Part shown: piece by piece, positions 52,748 to 64,000 of the stretch
How positions within the stretch are numbered: the stretch's first letter is position 1
How the letters are laid out: every line of letters begins with the position of its first letter
NCBI GenBank assembly: GCA_003344405.1
Contig: NOWV01000259.1
Span: forward strand, 1-64,000
Reading direction: 5' to 3'
From: Trichoplax sp. H2
Lineage: Eukaryota
DNA length: 64,000 bases
Notes under the pieces: model-generated
Databases searched by the model: none
The model's input: the letters and a program-made list of their open reading frames with translations, nothing else
Told to the model about the DNA's origin: nothing
Made by a program: the position numbers and the translations under genes

Positions 52748-53780
52748 ATGAATGGTAGTTTCCAACGAAAGGCTATCATCTCAGCAATCTATACTTATGG
52801 TTCTATTATTGCCATCGTCTTATTTTCTATCGGACTGATGGCTAACATCTTCCTACTTTATATATTTACTTTCGAAAAATATTTTCACAAATCAACGTAT
52901 CAGCTTATGTTAGTATCATGTATCTCCGACATTGTATCGATGATATGTTCCCTCCATGCTTATACCCAAGCGGTGCTGAATGTACTTGATTACTATAAAG
53001 GAACCATCATATGCAAAGCTGTTATGTACATGGTAGGAACGTCTTATACCTTTCCATCTTGAATTTATGCTTGATTGCTATAGATCGATACTTCACAGTC
53101 GTCCGATTACAGGTGAGATGGTATCGTATTCATAAGAAACGAATTCTTATTTTTACTGAACTGATGATATGGACTTTAGCGGCAGCAGTTCGTTTTCCTC
53201 TCATTTTTTATGTCGGGGTAAATAAGACAGATAATATCTTGTCTGATCTTCCTATTATTACGAGCGCGATTTCTGTTTAATTTTTTATCTTAGTTTTGAT
53301 ATGCTACATTATCCCGTCCACAATTATTGAATTAATATATTGGCGAATTATTCTTCATCAGAAATCATACATTCGACCTGGACAAATTACAAATCAGCAA
53401 CGCAACGGCGCCTACAGCAAGCATATAAAGGAAATTTATCAGAATGCTAGCCATTATTGCCGCATGTTATATTTTGGCTACATGGCCTATGTCTGTCACA
53501 TTGATAAGTAATGGCCAAACGTTACTGGCCAATGTCGGCAATGAGATGGACAGTACGACAGTCCGGTATTGGCTGGCCATTGCCGACATTGGTCAGGTAA
53601 CGTTCGGCCAATTTCGGCTATGAGATTACGGTTATTAATCCGCTTTTATATATTAAATTCGACCAAAATATTCGTCGGAAAGTCTTTAAACTCTTTCATT
53701 CATTAGGCTTTGCGATCCTTAAAGATCAGCAATCAACAACTGTTGTATCAGTATCGAATAGAGAATCTAATCCACTTTAG
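52748..53780 (+). pseudogene. GPCR pseudogene (paralog 6): frameshifts, a stop, and a fold-back insertion replacing ECL3 and the start of TM7
   Basis: Three consecutive ORF fragments give TM1-TM5 including DRY and YWRIILHQKSYIRPG; ATWP before the insertion and ITVINPLLYIKFDQNIR...NPL* after it. Confidence 0.9.
53512..53624. mobile_element. GC-richer fold-back/MITE-like insertion
   Basis: TGGCCAAACGTTACTGGCCAATGTCGGCAATG...CATTGCCGACATTGGTCAGGTAACGTTCGGCCA (53512-53610) plus 14 unpaired nt; not homologous to the GPCR paralogs. Confidence 0.72.
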
Positions 53781-56700
53781 TTCAACAGCAATTAATACTG
53801 CTATTAATCAGATTCCATACCATAAACCTATTACATATTGATTGATAACTGTAGCAGAACTAGGTGAACTTGATAAAACATATTTATTAATTTATAGCTC
53901 TGTTCATAGTAATATCTTGAAGGATTTCATTCTATTTGTAAGGTGAAAAGAATTGCCATTTTTTATACTAGCAGTTCACCCATAGCTTATAATCCTTCTC
54001 AATTTGGCAAGCTGCTATTCAAGTTACGCCATTGAAACGATTAGCGTGTTTAGAAATTATGATCATAGTATAGAATTCAATTAATCGTACAGTTAGCTAA
54101 TAAAAGTATGAGTTGCAAGAAAGTCTAACCACGCTATTCAAATAACGCATCAGGACTTAGGTAATTGGGGCTGTAATCCAAAAAAAAATAAGCACTCAAT
54201 TTCATCCAAACTAGCTAAATAAATCAATAAAATTGCGTTACTTTTCCATGATCAGTTGACTAGTAAGAAAATGATGATTAGTGTATTATTTTGTGAAGTA
54301 GAAATGGTTTATGGAAGGCAAAGATCTCCTAATTGTATTTTTAAGCATTCTTTGACGATTACATCAGTAAATAAAACCACTAACTAATAATCATCAATCT
54401 ATCATCGATAACGCTTTTATTCTAATTATTGTAACAATGTGGAGAATATTGTCCACCATCTAATATCAATCTTGATAGTGTTCGCAGATATCGAGTAAAA
54501 GCTATCCAATATTTTTCGCAAGAAAGCCATGATTGATTTCTATAGACTGATTAATCACTTATCGGTTAGAAGTTAATAGTTACTATTAAAGACTACACTG
54601 CATTGATCTAATTTCTTAACAAGACCTTGATGAATAATGTTTAATATACTATTTGCTTCATTGCTATAAGTACTGTTATTAAATGATGGGTAAGACTGTG
54701 ATTATATATAAATAAAATGACTTTTGCTAGATATCTTCTAAACAATTCTACTGACTTATATTATTAAATAAATATATTACGAAGGCAAAATTTAAATTTA
54801 AAGAGCAAGCCATAAATAATTCAAATTCAGAATAAACGATGGAATAAAGTCTTTAAGAGAAAATTCACATTTAACTATGAAGTTTTTTAGGTATACTGTA
54901 ATTACTTCTAATTCAGCTAATTCTTTAAATTTTACTACAACAATTGTAATTTACCGTAACTATTTTTCGTCAATAATTTAACGTAAAAGTTCAAGGTAAA
55001 GAGGGTATTGAATGGAAGGGGGATGGTAATTGTTCCACTTTCAAAGCCAAAGTGTATAAATTGTAATTATAAATTAATCCATTTCGTCATTAAAGTGAAA
55101 GGAAAGAGCTTTAATAATGAGAAACAGAAAAAATAAAATAAGAGCAAACATTTTTATTTGACCTTTCTTCATTCACAATTTAGCAATTATGTCAAAAATT
55201 TTCAGTCGATTGCCTTATCATTAGTTAAATATATTTCTATTCTTCCATACGCCTATTTATGAACTGATGTTGACAGGCAACATGATATTGCACGATAGCT
55301 ATTGGATTTCTCAAACTATTTAATTCTTTTAAACACAAGAGCTTGTCTGATATAGCCTATTTAAAAGGTTTTTATTGCTTATGATTATAATGGTACAAAA
55401 AAACTGCATACCTTCATGACTTTGTTCAGAAATGATCAATACATATAATGCGAATGCTTAGGCTTAAAATTTTAAATGAAATAATAACAAGCTATTGACG
55501 TTTATTGCAAGCCAACTAGTCATTTCAAGTTATAGAAATATTTTAATTTCACATTGCATTAGCCGAGACGGTTAGTATAGACAATGTTTTATAGGCCACA
55601 GTCCGCAGATTTTCTCTAACAGAATAATTATATGCTATCTCGTATGGTCGATCTGTACAAATAATGAATCATCGTATTTTCAAAGCTTAAATTAATTAAC
55701 TTATTCTGATATTTCATTAGTATAATTGATACATGAAATTAAGGAATAAATTATCTGTAGTATTTAAAGAATTGTTAAGAAGCAGTGGGATATTGCACAT
55801 GATTATATAAAATAAAACCTACGATTTTTAGTAATTTCAACATGATAATCCATCATAGCTTTAAATAATTTCGATTGAAGAAAGAAATTTATACTTATTT
55901 CGTTACAGTTATAGTTATTTCGTAAATATAAATACTGGCTATCCACCGATGCTTTCCTAGAAACGGTCTTTTATACTTGCGTTATCGCCAAGTTAAATTA
56001 TGCTTCTATCAATCGAAACTTTAAACTGATTGCTAGGTAAGATACTCGTATTCATGTTATGTAAGATAGTATTCGGTATTTGCTCTTTACTTTAGCATTC
56101 TGCAACACTCATAATAACAATTACGAAAATTAAAAAAATGAATGCTACAATTGAAACGTATAGGATATAATGTAGCACTTCTTATTCTATCTTGTTCCGT
56201 ACTTGCATATTCTTGCCGCAATAATTTAAAGCAATTTTGGTCATATAGAAAGCCGTAGGCAAAAAGGTCGTATAAACTCTGTCTTGTCCAGTTTAATAAA
56301 CCGATGATAAACAAATATCGGCAGGTGATACTATAATTACGTCATCGTCCTCTAATAAGGAGGTAATAATAAAATTTTTACGTCATTGTAGAGCGCGTAA
56401 GCACGGATGTACAGGAGGTCTCAGATAAATAAGAAATTGAATTGAATACCTACGGTTGTTATAAGAATAGCTAATTGTCTATAAATGGGTGTAGAATATT
56501 GTTGCATCTAGATGAGTCAATCATTTATTTCGTGTTTTAAATTACAATATCAAGTTCTATATTACCAGTACCCTTAAAAGCATCAATAGAACGGATAATT
56601 ATTCTTATCTTTTCAGAAATGAAGACATGAAGAACAAACGCACAATGAAACAGTTTCCATTCATATTAAAAGCAATAGTTTTGGCTGTTGTAGAAAATAA

Positions 56701-57563
56701 TAATGCGTCGAAGTGAATAAATGCTATCCATAAATCTGTAATCGTAATTTCCTGTCTAGAAATTATCAGACTGGATGCTTTAGATGGGAGCAATAATATG
56801 AATTGATTTAATATTTGTTTACAGCATTTGGCTCCTCTGCCTTCTAGGATTGGTTGTTATCCATATGGAAAGGAAATAATAGTCCGATATATAATAAAAT
56901 ATTTAAATGACAAAAATTTTTTTGTTATTTTCTCTACTCATTAAAACAGTAAATACAATCAATAAGAACTTTTAGATTGTATCCTATGACTTATAGCTAG
57001 AAATCACGTGCGTGAAGTCGATAGAAGTAGATTATTCAATGTATTCAAATTGTTATGGTAGTCTTTGGTTAACTACAATTATTAATCTAAGAGAAATTAC
57101 AAAATTAACTTCTTAATCTCAATTACGAATTTGGTACTAATTAGTAACCTTCAGGTCAAATAATTTAACCGTAATAAGTCTTAATTTAGCAGCTTATTTT
57201 GCAAGACTACAATAGTTGTTTGAACATATATACAGTATTACAGTCCATTATTGATTCTGGAAAGGAGTGTATAAGAAAGGATTATTAGAGACAATAATTT
57301 CTACACTTACATAAAGATATTATAAAATGCGATTATCTATATGGTCAATGTTTTCCCTGATTTTTTAAATTCATTATGTTGATGATAAATCGGTGTAATA
57401 TCTATTAGTTTGATTTTGTTACATGTGTTTAATTAGAACTATTTAAGAAATGTACTCAAGCAAACTATTACTATTAGGAAAAAGTAAATTGTAACATATC
57501 CAGCATTCAGACGTGTAGAAAATAATTTTCCATTCAAAAGCGGAGCCACGATATATCATTACA

Positions 57564-58568
57564 ATGGATTATTTCAATCAAACTGAACATATTGGTCCAG
57601 TGATATCAGCTCTTTACGATTATGGTTCTGCTGTTGCCATTATCCTATTTTCGATAGGTTTAACGATAAATTCATTTTTAATTTATGTCATAATGACTGA
57701 TGCTTATTTCAAGAAATTAATATACCATTTAATTATGCTATCCATCATTTCTGATATTGCTTCAATATTAGCTTCATTATCCATTAATATTCAAGTGGTA
57801 TTACATCGCATCATAAATTATTCCACTGGCATCATTATTTGTAAAGTTGTTATGTTTATCATGTCGACATCGTATGCAATCTCTATCATGAACTTATGCC
57901 TTATAGCGGTAGATCGCTACTTTATCATCATTAGGCCATATTTCCGTATTTATCGGTTATATAAAAAGCGAATTATTTTAACTTGTGAAATTATATTGTG
58001 GATATTGTCGATATCGATTAATGCTCCTGTCATTCAATACATTACTGTCTATCGTCGAGATCCTGTTTTCTGCGATTTATCCGAGATTACAATATCTATA
58101 TCAGTCTACCTTTTTGCTGTTGTCTTCTTGATGTATATTATCCCGACAGTTATGGTAGCCGTTATATATTGGCGGATCATTAAGCATCAAAAAAATTATG
58201 TTCGGCCTGGTGAAACTTCCAATCAAAAGCGTCATGAACTGCAAACGAAAAAGCGTCGATTTATCCAGATGTTACTTAGCATTACATTTAGCTACATCGT
58301 ATCTACATGGCCGTTATTTGCTACTTTCACCGGAATGGCTATAACTCAAAAATCATTTCTGCAAGTAAGAGATAAAAATCTTATTGAATTTATTTTGGCC
58401 TTCTTTTCTATGATTGCAACAACAAGCATTGCTGTCATCAATCCTACTATATATATTCAATTTGATCACAACATACGAAAGAGATTCTTAATTGCATTAA
58501 GAAGGATTGGTATCGCGAAATATCACCGATCAACCACGGTAATATCGATATCCGATCGAACGATATAA
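57564..58568 (+). CDS. Intronless class A GPCR, paralog 7, 334 aa
   Basis: 7TM, ISD, ICK, DRY, YWRIIKHQKNYVRPG, TWP, NPTIY. Confidence 0.93.
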   Translation: MDYFNQTEHIGPVISALYDYGSAVAIILFSIGLTINSFLIYVIMTDAYFKKLIYHLIMLSIISDIASILASLSINIQVVLHRIINYSTGIIICKVVMFIMSTSYAISIMNLCLIAVDRYFIIIRPYFRIYRLYKKRIILTCEIILWILSISINAPVIQYITVYRRDPVFCDLSEITISISVYLFAVVFLMYIIPTVMVAVIYWRIIKHQKNYVRPGETSNQKRHELQTKKRRFIQMLLSITFSYIVSTWPLFATFTGMAITQKSFLQVRDKNLIEFILAFFSMIATTSIAVINPTIYIQFDHNIRKRFLIALRRIGIAKYHRSTTVISISDRTI

Positions 58569-60961
58569 AGATTGATATTTCATGACGTCATTTCTGCTAA
58601 TTATGTATTTTATAAGCTTTAATAGAGATAGTAAAGATAATATACATTAGCAAAATGGTATAAAGTGATTTGCAATGATCTAATTCTGTAGTAACAAAAG
58701 GATTTCACGCTTCATGATTTATTAACTCACTTCTTCCAGCGTATCCATTTTATAATCCTTTACATAAACTGTTAAAATAAAATTAATGCAGTAAGACTGG
58801 CATAAAATGAATAATTTATACGTAATAACTGAGGAGTTTGTGCGAAAGGATTAAAAACATTTGGCCGTTTTCCTACTGTCAAATAGGCGTGAGATGGCTA
58901 AATTTTCAATTTGAAAAATGAAATTAATCAGGGCAAAATTAAATATTTTAAATTATAATAATTATATTCAAGATTAGAACAATAGAACCGTTTCTTGTGT
59001 ATGATGACGATGATAGATCTCGTACATTTTATTTCGATTCCAATCCTTGTTGGAATGAACTCTATCCCTATTTACCAATGCTCTTTTATTTATGCTGGCA
59101 CTTGTTAAATTTTAGTATTCGTGATCCAGTAATGAAGACTATAATTAACTATCTTGTAGTTAACAAAACTTATGTCGTCAGATAGTAAAACTGTAAAAAG
59201 ATTGATAAAATTATTTCTAGATTGAAAATAATGTAAAATAGTGACATGACAAGTAATTAAACTATTCCTACGCTATTGATGGGCTACAGATTGATGAAAT
59301 AGTTGATGTTCGTATCTCAATCTTGTTTTCTTAGAACAGTACCAAGTTTAATATTCTAATTTCTTTTGCTATCGATAAAATAGCAGATGTTCCTCTATCT
59401 CTTTTCTTAGCATAGCACCAAGTTTAGTATTTTAATCTTTCATTGCAAATAATATAGCTGCTCTATATCAGTTTTTGTTCATAAATAATATCAAGCTTTA
59501 TTATTTAATCTTTAGCTAATAATAACATGGCTAATCCATCTTCTCAAAAATATAATAAGAACTACAGTTTCTTTTAAACTTCACTTTATTACATAAGTTT
59601 AGGTTCGTCGTACAATTACCAAGGGCTATCTAACTTCAATCAGACTATCTGTCGACTATCTGAATTATTACAACAAAATTTACGGTTTATATATACAATT
59701 AGCTACAGAAAAATTTCAGTTACGCAATCCTATCTTGCTAAATAAGATACAGTCTTACTTTTGAACATTTCATATAGACTGTAAGTAATGGAAGTCACCA
59801 GAAATATCAACCTTCAGGTTATATTTACGCATATATCAAAATCCGTGATGCTGGTATGAAGGCTGCTATTGTATGACGTAGCACCATAAATATGTTCTGG
59901 CTGCTACCAATACATTTGTTCGATTTTCAAAATGGAGAGTGAATAATATTGTAGCTAAACAGGTAAATATAACCATCTATCCCAATAATTATTATAATAG
60001 AAGGATTTTGTAAATATGAGTTCACTATTACTGTAGATCATTTTCTAGCACCACAGGGCCTAACATTGATTATAATTAGTGAACATCGTATATTTAGTAA
60101 AATATGGCTTCGATTAATTCCTATTAATTGCGCTTTTATATCAATGCGGTACAGATTTTAAGGATATTTTTTTGATTCCTTTTTTCCTAATTTTTCAAGG
60201 TATTTGATTTTGATTAAAAAGGAAATCATGGTATTTTATTAGCATACAATCCACATAATCGATCATTTCTTTGAGTATCGGTCAATTACTCATGCAGTTT
60301 CATTACTGCAACAGTGAATAGAAGGAATTTTGACAAGATTACATGAGACTAATGGATGGCTAGGTTAAGCCTGGGTGGATGATTATGAAATCAAATTCAA
60401 TTACTGCTAGCCACAAACTCGAACTTTGCTAACTTTGTTAGTTCATATACGAAAGCAAATTAAAGAATCCGGCTGTTAGGATAACCTGCATTTAGAATTG
60501 CAATTGCCTAGAACTACATCCAAGCTAAGATCGGTGTTTAAAATAATTCATCCTTTAGTTAGCCACCTAATATTGTAAAGTCCATTTCCTCTCTATAGTA
60601 CCCTAATTTAATCTTGGAAGCGGCCTATAAAAGCGATCGTTTCCCGCTAACTCTACACAATATACATGATTCAATGTCTACATTCTACATTTTAGCAATC
60701 ATTCGCTTTTATTTTGATATCACAAGTGCGAATACAGCATATTTTGTTCCATTTTTACGCGATTCTATTCCAAAGGGTGATCGTCAAATTTGATAATAAT
60801 TTACAACGATTCTGTATCAGCATCAATCATTAACAATATCACTGTACTCAAGCAGAAAAATATTATAGACATCACTAGTAAGAATAATAGTACAGTATTT
60901 TGAAATTTTCTGGCCTATTTCCGACATACTTGTATTAACATTAATAGTCCGAGTAGTACCC

Positions 60962-62183
60962 TCAAGCATTTAAAACAAACTCTGGCACTTTGGGAGTGGG
61001 TATAACGTGAATGGTTTTTCTCACTTTAATAGGTCGGTAAGGAATTGGATTACGAAGTGCTTGCCTTGTATAGGAGACCTTTCCTTCTACCAGGGCATAT
61101 AACGTATGATCTCTGCCGATTCCAACCTGAAAAATAAAGCATTAACCATGACATGATTCGAATTCCTATGGACTTGAAATTGAATACACACAGTGTTGAT
61201 GGCATACATCGTGATGCCAAGCCTACTCTATCTATGATGTTAGGTATTTGAGTAGACTAATAGTTTAACAGGATGAATTGAAGACTGAACATTATTACCA
61301 ATCATTTAACACGCTATGAAGTAATATCAGGCGGCTTAGCAACTTTGGAGGTGTAATATGTTATGGATGGTAGTACTGTAGTGTATCGATTGCAAGCAAG
61401 AGTACCGTTGGTTTTTACGAAGGTAGTCATTGGTTAATAGTTATTACGTAACTGATTCAACTGCACTGATTGATTTTAAGGGAAAGTACAAACACTATCG
61501 ATTCATTTGAATTCAATTGAATTGGTTAGTAAGCAAAAGTGCAGCTGGCATACGCGCACCATGTATCATTTTGTTAGAAAAGTATGCTATCTGCTCGACG
61601 TATGGATCCATAGAAAGCGATTTTAATTCTACACTAGATAAAGAAGACATGCAATCTCTTCTATTGGAACCCAGTGTTTCGTTATAACAGTAAGTGATCC
61701 ATAGAGGATGAAGGGGGTAAGAAATAAGCTTACATTTAATCCAGGATGAAATTTAGTCCCTCTTTGCCTCATGATAATATTGCCAGGGATGACACTCTGA
61801 CCTAGCGATGCGTTGGTAAGCAAGAAAATTGTTGGTTATAGCCTGATTGCCTAACATATTCAATGCTGTGTCTCCAGCAATCAATCCATTTCATCTTACC
61901 ATCGGATTTCTTTGGACCTAATCTTTTCCCAGCAGAACCTCGTCCATTCTTGGATTTACCACCGGATTTTTTGCTCGCACATCGAATAGTTTGCAACAGA
62001 CCAAATTGGAGTGTTGGCCGAAAACATGGGCCGCCTACATTGCAATCAAGAGTGTATTCATCATTGCCCATTGGCGCCATCGTTGGCCATTCCTGTTACC
62101 CCTATCAACTCAGTTAGCTATCCCACTAATACCTTACGCTTATTACCTTGATAATTGAAGAATATCCTTTGGAGAAGAGACAT
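60962..62183 (-). CDS. MRPL27: Mitochondrial ribosomal protein L27 (bL27m), 4 exons: 62183-62147, 62034-61900, 61801-61734, 61126-60962; 134 aa
   Basis: Spliced product [97 protein letters not shown]...; three GT-AG introns with consistent phases (1,1,0); exon 1 is inferred. Confidence 0.9.
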
Positions 62184-62650
62184 TTTAGGCAATCATTTCA
62201 GTGTTGGATGTTCAGCCAAGACTGCAATGGTGGCCAGTTGGTGTCTGGCTAGTCCTGTCGAGGTCTGATGTTAGTTAGACTAGGGTCACGAGCGAGTAGA
62301 CTAGTGAGTTTGAAAGTGCAGTGCCAATACAGTCGACTGACTGAGAATTTTAAATCGTATTGGAATCCCTATCAAGTAATCCCTACTTAGCTAGTGTACT
62401 AGACACTATATAGTCATTTGTATGCAATTCCACTCCAATGTACTCCTTTTTTGTGAATTATATGCTTTACTATGGCTGTACAGCCCTGTATGGAACACTA
62501 CTATGTTGACCATCCATTCCAGATTGAAATAACAGTTTAGACTGTATTCACAGATACTGTATCATACACTATATAGTCAATCCTATCGAAATCCAGTCAA
62601 ACTCAAGTACCAAACGACGAATGGCTGCCGTTGCTTTTCTACTGCCATAA

Positions 62651-64000
62651 ACTCCTTGTAAACTCCTTTCTAGTAGTCTAGAGTACTACATAGGAGCTGA
62701 AAAGTGTTTCAATACAGACCGATAGATGTAATTATTCTCTTACAAATGTAGTTTAGCAGTCAAAATGCTCGACAGAATGAGTCTTGAAGGTTCTTGCATA
62801 GTCGATCATCGATGCATGCTGCAATTTGTTCGATCTGCATGTCCATACTAGAGCCTGTGGAGGACAATATGCTACTCAAGTAGCACCTAGGAAATAAGGC
62901 GTTACACCGATGAACTTGGATTTTTACCATCCTAGTATGAGGTAAAATAATGTACTTTACTGTACTGTCAATTGAAATAGGGCAGATAGGCTATTAGCCT
63001 CTTTTGCTAGCCTTCTCCCATGGACTCCTTGTAAACTCTTTTCTAGTAGTCTACAGTACTACATAGGAGCTGAAAAGTGTTTCAATACAGACCTATAGAT
63101 GTAATTATTCTCTTACAAATGTAGCTTAGCAGTCAAAATGCTCGACAGAATGAGTCTTGAAGGTTCTTGCATAGTCGATCATCGATGCGTGCTGCAATTG
63201 AAATCGGGCAGATAGCCTAATAGGAGTAATCAGCCTCTCTGCTAGCCTTCTCTCATGGACTCCTTGTAAACTCTTTTCTAGTAGTCTACAGTACTAACAT
63301 AGGAGCTGAAAAGTGTTTCAATACAGACCGATAGATGTAATTATTCTCTTACAAATGTAGTTTAGCAGTCAAAATGCTCGACAGAATGAGTCTTGAAGGT
63401 TCTTGCATAGTCGATCATCGATGCATGCTGCAATTGAAATCGGGCAGATAGCCTAATAGGAGTAATAGCCTCTCCAATTTAATGTAAACTCTTTTCTAGT
63501 AGTCTACAGTACTAACATAGGAGCTGAAAAGTATTTCAATACAGACCTATAGATGTAATTATTCTCTTACGATTCTAGCTTAGCCGTCAAAATGTTGGAA
63601 AGAATGAGTATTAATGGTTCTTGCATAGTTTATCATCAGTGCATGCTGCAATTTGTTCAATCTGCATGTCCATACTAGAATCTGTAGAGTGCATGATGTT
63701 ACTGAAGTAGCACCTAGGAAATAATTCGTTACATCGATGAGCTTTGACTATCACCACCCTAGTATGGGTAAAATACTGTACAGTATAGACTGGAGATTGA
63801 AATAGGGCAGATAGCCTAATCAGCCTCTCTGCTAGCCTTCTCCCATGGACTCCTTGTAAACTCTTTTCTAGTAGTCTACAGTACTACATAGGAGCTGAAA
63901 AGTATTTCAATACAGACGAATAGATCTAATTATTCTCTTACGATTCTAGCTTAGCCGTCAAAATGTTGGAAACAATGAGTATTAAAGGTTCTTGCATAGT
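62651..64000. repeat. Complex tandem repeat/satellite with long (~372 bp) and short (~218-235 bp) units; runs off the window
   Basis: ACTCCTTGTAAACTC..TTCTAGTAGTCTA.AGTACTACATAGGAGCTGAAAAG recurs at ~62651, 63024, 63259, ~63477 and 63849. Confidence 0.9.

Noticed and set aside
8048..58568. GPCRs as opsins
   Set aside because: The position equivalent to rhodopsin K296 (six residues before the N of NP) is Thr, Ser or Ala, not Lys.
61863..62117. Plus-strand 84-aa ORF
   Set aside because: Antisense shadow of MRPL27 exon 2.
62651..64000. CRISPR-like array
   Set aside because: Eukaryotic context, units over 200 bp, no unique spacers and no cas genes.

Overview
AT-rich eukaryotic (animal) genomic DNA, not prokaryotic: it has GT-AG introns, intronless class-A GPCRs and LTR retroelements. 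The overall style suggests a placozoan such as Trichoplax or a relative, but that is an inference. The window holds a co-oriented tandem array of seven paralogous rhodopsin-like GPCR loci: four intact, one broken by a single-base frameshift, and two pseudogenes, one of which is invisible in the ORF track. The array is peppered with at least 13 solo LTRs bounded by 5-bp target-site duplications (TSDs). Most LTR families end in a covarying 20-25 nt U5 hairpin. There are two Ty3/gypsy internal remnants: one has the unusual integrase-before-RT (Gmr1-like) order, and the other has gag fused in frame to the RNase H tail and integrase zinc finger. Also present are two ~90-100 bp fold-back elements, two 20-N gaps followed by probable alternative-haplotype duplications showing filled versus empty insertion sites, a four-exon MRPL27 gene, and a complex tandem repeat at the right end. 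All coordinates were read by eye and may be off by a few bases.
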